Shown: piece by piece, positions 48,846 to 53,995 of the stretch
How positions within the stretch are numbered: the first letter of the stretch is position 1
Layout of the letters: each line of letters starts with the position of its first letter
Source of the DNA: Mycoplasmatota bacterium
Lineage (GTDB): Bacteria > Bacillota_I > Bacilli_A > RF39 > UBA660
DNA length: 53,995 nt
Assembly (NCBI GenBank): GCA_044432805.1
Contig: JAWXUI010000005.1
Location: forward strand, 1 to 53,995
Reading direction: 5' to 3'
Translations under genes and position numbers: made by a program
Notes under the pieces: generated by a model
The model's input: only the letters and a program-made list of their open reading frames with translations
What the model was told of the DNA's origin: nothing
The model's database searches: none

Positions 48846-49358
48846 CTATATAGCTGAACTTTTACCTTTTTGCTCCTTAAGTTCTTCATTTATTGAATTT
48901 GTAAGAATATCATAAAATTCTTGTTCTTCTGGTGTAATTGGTGCGTCACCAGATTCTTGTTCTTCTGGTGTAATTGGTGCGTCACCAGATTCTTGTTCTT
49001 CTGGTGTAATTGGTGCATCATTAGAACCACTATTTCTAGAAAAATTCATTTCAGAAAGTAAACTTTCTTTTTGTGCTAAAGATAATGATGATAAAAATTC
49101 TTCTTGTGTTCCCGATACCACAGCTGTTTTAAATCTTTGAATCTTTTCTTCTGATAATAATGAAATTGCACTTCTAAATTTATTTATGACATTTTCATCA
49201 CCCATACTTATAGCAGCATTCAAAATTCCCAACTGTGTTGCACTTTCAAATTGACCTAATAAAATTTTTGTTTGTCCAAGAGACACATCTTTGAACATAT
49301 CAAATGCATTTTTATACATTGCTTCTAGACTTACATCTAAATTCGCTTCCTTATCCAT
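48846..49358 (-). CDS. Hypothetical protein with a 12-aa tandem repeat
   Basis: Helical N-terminal part, then DAPITPEEQE(SG) three times. Confidence 0.65.
   Translation of the reverse strand: MDKEANLDVSLEAMYKNAFDMFKDVSLGQTKILLGQFESATQLGILNAAISMGDENVINKFRSAISLLSEEKIQRFKTAVVSGTQEEFLSSLSLAQKESLLSEMNFSRNSGSNDAPITPEEQESGDAPITPEEQESGDAPITPEEQEFYDILTNSINEELKEQKGKSSAI
48917..49020. repeat. 36-bp in-frame tandem repeat, about 2.9 copies
   Basis: attcttgttcttctggtgtaattggtgcgtcaccag at 48917 and 48953, partial copy at 48989. Confidence 0.95.
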
Positions 49359-49444
49359 TTTAATTACCTACTTTCTTATTTAAGAATACAAAATATAAAC
49401 TGTTTTGTCAACTATAATATTATCAGTTTACACGTAAAAATTTA

Positions 49445-51496
49445 TTAATCACATATTGTTTTATAAATATAACTTCCATCTTCTTCATAGATTTTAAAAT
49501 ATTTATCATTTTCTAATAATTCAGTTAATGTCGCTAAATAATCTATTTCAAGTAAGCAAATATCGTTATAATTTAAATTTATAGTAAAAGTATCTGTTTG
49601 ATTTAAATTAAAAGATGTTTCTTCATTAGTTAATATTATTGCAACATGTGCATATCGATTATAAACGCCATCATATTCTAGTAATGGATCTAACATGTAA
49701 TATAGTTCTAAATTAGGGACAAAATTAACACTATTAATCGTTCTTGCACCGTTAGCAATCAAATAGTTTTGCAAGATAGTTCCACTATCAACTGCTGCAA
49801 AAATTGAATCACTATCTTCCTTTACAATTTTTTGTATTTCTAAAGCTAAAGGTTTTTCAGCTAATACGCCATATCCTTTAGTAATGGGAAAAATTAATAT
49901 ACAGCTAAATAAGCTTAATGCAATTAGCAATATAGATAATATTATATTCATTTTTTCATTATTTAATATAAATAAATAAAATAACGGTAAGAATATAACA
50001 AAAGAAACTAATTGTTTAATTAAATCAAAATAATTTAAAAATATTTCATTATGAATATAAGTCGATATCGCTAAAACGGATAATGTTGCAAAAATTGTAT
50101 ATAAGAATGTTTTCAAATTAAATATTTTATTTTTTGTTTCATATTTTGATAATATATAAATAAATACAAACACTGTCGCATAATTTATAACTGGTGCAAT
50201 TCTTCCAATTGTTGTATAACTTAATAAAGTTATTTTAGATATGAATTCAATTGGTACTATAGTCCATAAAAAGTAAAATATAATTATAAAATTTAAAATG
50301 TTTAAAAATACATCATTAAACTTCTTCTTAAAAGATAAATATATGGAAATAATTATAGGTATTGGAAATAGAGAATAAAATTGCGAAAATTCACACGGAT
50401 TAGCTATATCTGTATACGCATATAATGGATTACCAATATAAGTGAAAATCATTTGAAAAAATCCGCCCTCTGAGCTAGTTCTATTTCCAGGATAAACTGT
50501 ATTTACCATTGTATTTATAGCATCCATATTATTAAGAAAAATCGGAACTAAAATTATTAAAGCAGTTATTGCTGTTATAATTAAATATAAAATATCTTTT
50601 ACTTTTATTTTCTCATTTTGATTAACTAATAAGTAAATAAATAGTCCAACAAACACATATCCATAAGGAACTTGCCATGCTGGATATAAACATAATATAT
50701 AAGAAGATGCTATAATTCCTAATGCGCAGCTTAATAGTATTCTTTTAATTATATCTTTGTTATTTATGAAATAATAAATACATAATAGTGCTGCTTCACC
50801 ATATAAGATTATTGTCGCAGAATTCCACCAGAATACCGCTGGCGATATTGCAATTAAAAATGCACCTAAAGTAGAATATAATTTATTCTTTTTTGTTATT
50901 ATCATAAATAATTCTAAAGTTACAAAAAATAGTGCAAAATAATTAAAATACCAATTAAAAGAAAAGGCCATTTCATTATTAAAAAATAAATATCCTAAAG
51001 TGGAAGGATAAACAATCATTGTTAAATCCTTTATGACTAATCTGGGAAACATCGTTACATTTGTTTCTTTTGCATTTAATAAATTGCTAACTGATGAAAA
51101 ATTAGAATTTTCAGATGTTTGGGATAATATATGTGGTGTTGTAACCAACCATTCATCACTTCTAATTCCCCTACTGATTCCAATTATATTGTTTGAATAT
51201 TCTACATTTGAATTTGGTTGGATATATTGATTCCAAAAATTAAGCGATGATCCATTATATTCACCTATAACTAAAAACATAAAAATAAATATCCCAACAA
51301 TATATCTGTTCTTAAAAAGAAAATTATACATTTTTTTTATATCTAAGAATATATGACATTCTAAAAATGCAATAGCGATTGCTACAAATAACATTAAATC
51401 ATAAGAAAAATAAAAATATTCACTTGCTCTTATCACAAAAAAAACAAACAAATAAATAATTGGAATTAATAATACCCCTAGAATTTTTTTTAACAT
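49445..51496 (-). CDS. Polytopic membrane protein, probable GT-C-type glycosyltransferase of a cell-wall polysaccharide locus
   Basis: Many TM helices, IRSDEW loop motif, YPAWQVP, TVYPG, YNRYAH; sits among glycosyltransferase genes. Confidence 0.7.
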   Translation of the reverse strand: MLKKILGVLLIPIIYLFVFFVIRASEYFYFSYDLMLFVAIAIAFLECHIFLDIKKMYNFLFKNRYIVGIFIFMFLVIGEYNGSSLNFWNQYIQPNSNVEYSNNIIGISRGIRSDEWLVTTPHILSQTSENSNFSSVSNLLNAKETNVTMFPRLVIKDLTMIVYPSTLGYLFFNNEMAFSFNWYFNYFALFFVTLELFMIITKKNKLYSTLGAFLIAISPAVFWWNSATIILYGEAALLCIYYFINNKDIIKRILLSCALGIIASSYILCLYPAWQVPYGYVFVGLFIYLLVNQNEKIKVKDILYLIITAITALIILVPIFLNNMDAINTMVNTVYPGNRTSSEGGFFQMIFTYIGNPLYAYTDIANPCEFSQFYSLFPIPIIISIYLSFKKKFNDVFLNILNFIIIFYFLWTIVPIEFISKITLLSYTTIGRIAPVINYATVFVFIYILSKYETKNKIFNLKTFLYTIFATLSVLAISTYIHNEIFLNYFDLIKQLVSFVIFLPLFYLFILNNEKMNIILSILLIALSLFSCILIFPITKGYGVLAEKPLALEIQKIVKEDSDSIFAAVDSGTILQNYLIANGARTINSVNFVPNLELYYMLDPLLEYDGVYNRYAHVAIILTNEETSFNLNQTDTFTINLNYNDICLLEIDYLATLTELLENDKYFKIYEEDGSYIYKTICD

Positions 51497-51522
51497 ACAT
51501 ACTCCTATTTTTTTAACAAGTT

Positions 51523-52710
51523 TTATTTGCAAACTTTCTTTAAAAAATCTATCATTTCATTTATACATTTTTCTTTTTTAAAATTTTCTTGATAATATTT
51601 TTCGGCATTTTTACCCCATTTGTTTAAGTCTTTATGTGTACTTGCTTCTTTTATTATCTTTGCAAGATTTTTGTAATCTAATGACTTACAAGTTAAGCCA
51701 CAATTAGCTTCTTTTATTACATCACTTACTTCACCGCTAATTGCACCTATAATAGGTCTTTTTGCAACCATATATGATTGTACTTTAGCCGGAAGTGTGT
51801 TGTTTACAACTTCATTATCCACCATCGTTATTAAAAATGCATCTGCCAATTTATAAAAATCAGGCATTTTATCTACGCTATGATATCCGTAAAAAACAAT
51901 ATTTTTTAATTTATATTTTTTTGCTAAGTCTTCACATTCTTTTTTACTAAGTCCATCTCCTACAATATGGAATTTAATATTTGTTTCTTTTTTTAATAAA
52001 TTAGCAGCTTCTACTATTGTTTCAACACTTTGTGCTGGACCAATATTCCCTGCAAATAATAAATCAAAATTTTTATCTTTAAGATATTTTATATTAGAAT
52101 AATTATCTTCTGCATAAGAAGGGAAATATAAAAACTTTTTTTCTTTTGTTAACTTTAATTCTTTAACAAAATATTTTTTAAATGATTTTGATGATGTTGT
52201 TATAATATCTGCTTGATTATAAATAAATCTGCTTATTTTCTCTAATAGCTTATAAATAAAACTAGTTTTTTTAATATCGGCAGTTGTTATGCTAATGGGC
52301 CATTGATCTAGACAATGAATTACTAGTGGTATCTTTTTAATTTTTGACACTATAATAGCCGGAATAGCCATTGTGATAGGCGATAATTGATATACGTAAA
52401 CAACATCGAAATCTTTTTTCATAAACAATGCTTTTATACTAGCAAAAATCATAAACCATAAATAATTAATGATCATCATAAATGTAGAGTTCCCACGGCC
52501 AATTAAAGAACATCTTTTTACTTTTACTCCATTTATAACTTCATTTCTATTTTTAAACCATTTATACTCTTTTAATACTTTTCCCTTTGGATAGTTTGGC
52601 AAGCCTGTTAAAACAGTTACATCAATGCCTTTTTTTACTAATTCAAAACTTATATCATTTATTCTAAAGTTTTCCGGATAAAAATGTTGACACACTATTA
52701 ATACTTTCAT
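51523..52710 (-). CDS. Glycosyltransferase family 4 (WbuB/CapL-like)
   Basis: QHFYPE, TGLPNYPKG, FAGNIGPAQ, LPAKVQSYM. Confidence 0.92.
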   Translation of the reverse strand: MKVLIVCQHFYPENFRINDISFELVKKGIDVTVLTGLPNYPKGKVLKEYKWFKNRNEVINGVKVKRCSLIGRGNSTFMMIINYLWFMIFASIKALFMKKDFDVVYVYQLSPITMAIPAIIVSKIKKIPLVIHCLDQWPISITTADIKKTSFIYKLLEKISRFIYNQADIITTSSKSFKKYFVKELKLTKEKKFLYFPSYAEDNYSNIKYLKDKNFDLLFAGNIGPAQSVETIVEAANLLKKETNIKFHIVGDGLSKKECEDLAKKYKLKNIVFYGYHSVDKMPDFYKLADAFLITMVDNEVVNNTLPAKVQSYMVAKRPIIGAISGEVSDVIKEANCGLTCKSLDYKNLAKIIKEASTHKDLNKWGKNAEKYYQENFKKEKCINEMIDFLKKVCK

Positions 52711-52755
52711 ATATACCCTACTCCCTGATAAAATTATAACAAAAAAAACAATTAC

Positions 52756-53958
52756 TTACAATTGCTTTCCATTGTATAAATCAATATATTCCATAAATTT
52801 ATTATCACGATTATATTCTTTTGCTCTTTTTATACAATCTTTTTTATTATATTTTTTATTTTCAATGACACTATATATTTCTTTTTCTAAAGCATCAATA
52901 TTGTTATATTCAACAACACTTCCACTTTTTGTATCAAAACATTCAGGACTACCACCAGTGTTAAAAGTAATACCGGGAGTACCACAAGCTAAAGATTCCA
53001 AATTTACTAATCCTAAAACTTCTTCTCTTGTAGGATTTATAAATAAATCAGCAGTTGTATAAATCTTTGCAAGATCAATTTGTGAGTCAGTTTTATGAAT
53101 TGAAATTATATTAGCAGGTAATTGTTTATCTATCTTTTTATTTGTACCTACTAAAACTATTTGATATTTTGAGTTTAATCTCTTTGATAATTCAATAAAT
53201 ATATCTAAACCTTTTCTTTCTCCCCAGTCAAAAGCAACACCTAATAAAATAATTTTATTTTCTAAATGATATTTTTTTCTAAAATCACTTTTAGTTGGTT
53301 TAAAAACATTTAAATTTATTCTATTATTAACAACATTGATTTTATATTTTTTTAAATATGATTTTTCTACTTCTTCTTTTAACCAAACAGAAGGAGTAAT
53401 AATAGTCATATCTTTAACACTAGTAAACAACTTTTTCTTTAGTTGATATTCATATTTAGATGTATCAAAAAACAAACTAATAGGATATTTATTTCTTTGT
53501 TTGCAATTTAAGCATTCTTTTTCCCATTTATTACAATTAATCATTGAATAATGAGCACAGTGCCCTGTAAATGCCCAACAGTCGTGTAATGTCCAAAATA
53601 CTTTCCCTTTATATTCATTATTTAAATAATTAAATAAAATTTCATAGTTTAAATAATAACCATGTATATTATGGAGATGTATTATATCAGGATTTATTTT
53701 TTTTAATTTTTTTATCATTTTCTTAGTATGATATTTTGAATATCTGCCATGATTATTGAATATAAAAGTAAATAATACATGTGATAAAAAAGAAAAATTG
53801 TTACCTAGTTTTATACAGGTTTCATCATCTGGTCCATTTCTTCTTCCGTAAATACAATAAGATTTAAAATTATTTTCTTTTGCTAACTTATGTATAGAAA
53901 GCATTATTTTTCCTGTGCTTCCATTACACACACTGTTAATTAATACTATCTTTTTCAT
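52756..53958 (-). CDS. Glycosyltransferase family 4 (WcaC-like)
   Basis: GSTGKI, HLHNIHG, WTLHDCWAFTGHC, EVLGLVNLES. Confidence 0.92.
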   Translation of the reverse strand: MKKIVLINSVCNGSTGKIMLSIHKLAKENNFKSYCIYGRRNGPDDETCIKLGNNFSFLSHVLFTFIFNNHGRYSKYHTKKMIKKLKKINPDIIHLHNIHGYYLNYEILFNYLNNEYKGKVFWTLHDCWAFTGHCAHYSMINCNKWEKECLNCKQRNKYPISLFFDTSKYEYQLKKKLFTSVKDMTIITPSVWLKEEVEKSYLKKYKINVVNNRINLNVFKPTKSDFRKKYHLENKIILLGVAFDWGERKGLDIFIELSKRLNSKYQIVLVGTNKKIDKQLPANIISIHKTDSQIDLAKIYTTADLFINPTREEVLGLVNLESLACGTPGITFNTGGSPECFDTKSGSVVEYNNIDALEKEIYSVIENKKYNKKDCIKRAKEYNRDNKFMEYIDLYNGKQL

Positions 53959-53995
53959 TTAAAATCCTCCTTAAATTAAAGAAATTATTTATTGC

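Noticed and set aside
48917-49020. 36-bp repeats as a CRISPR array
   Set aside because: Units are contiguous with no spacers, in frame within a CDS, and no cas genes are present.
1-53995. Alternative genetic code (UGA=Trp) given the extreme AT content
   Set aside because: Conserved genes are full length under code 11, Trp is encoded by TGG, and no genes appear fragmented at TGA.

Overview
A very AT-rich (visually about 20-25% GC) chromosomal window read with genetic code 11. The organism looks like a spore-forming, probably genome-reduced member of the Bacillota/Bacilli; resemblance to uncultured RF39-like lineages is my inference. The window appears to span the replication terminus: a 28-bp dif site sits at 14556-14583, xerD lies 2.6 kb away, and gene orientation flips from mostly + to mostly - at about 15.8 kb. 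Housekeeping genes include def, an ftsW/spoVE-like SEDS gene, mtnN, mnmA, deoB, xerD, rarA, holA, fhs, gmk, yigZ and tRNA-Met. Sporulation genes include a Coat F pair, a YjcZ-family peptide, spoIIM, an apparently split Clostridium-type SleC and a LysM protein. There is also a TetR/ABC/two-component block, perR-rubrerythrin, and a surface polysaccharide glycosyltransferase locus at the right end. Features missed by the ORF track are a ~550-nt OLE RNA with its own sigma-A promoter upstream of oapA, the dif site, the tRNA and two small proteins. The best candidate for something undescribed is a six-member family of divergent orphan paralogs: a five-gene operon at 30048-33037 plus a solitary copy at 35113-35649. 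No CRISPR array, transposase or prophage was recognised. All calls come from reading the sequence; no searches were run.
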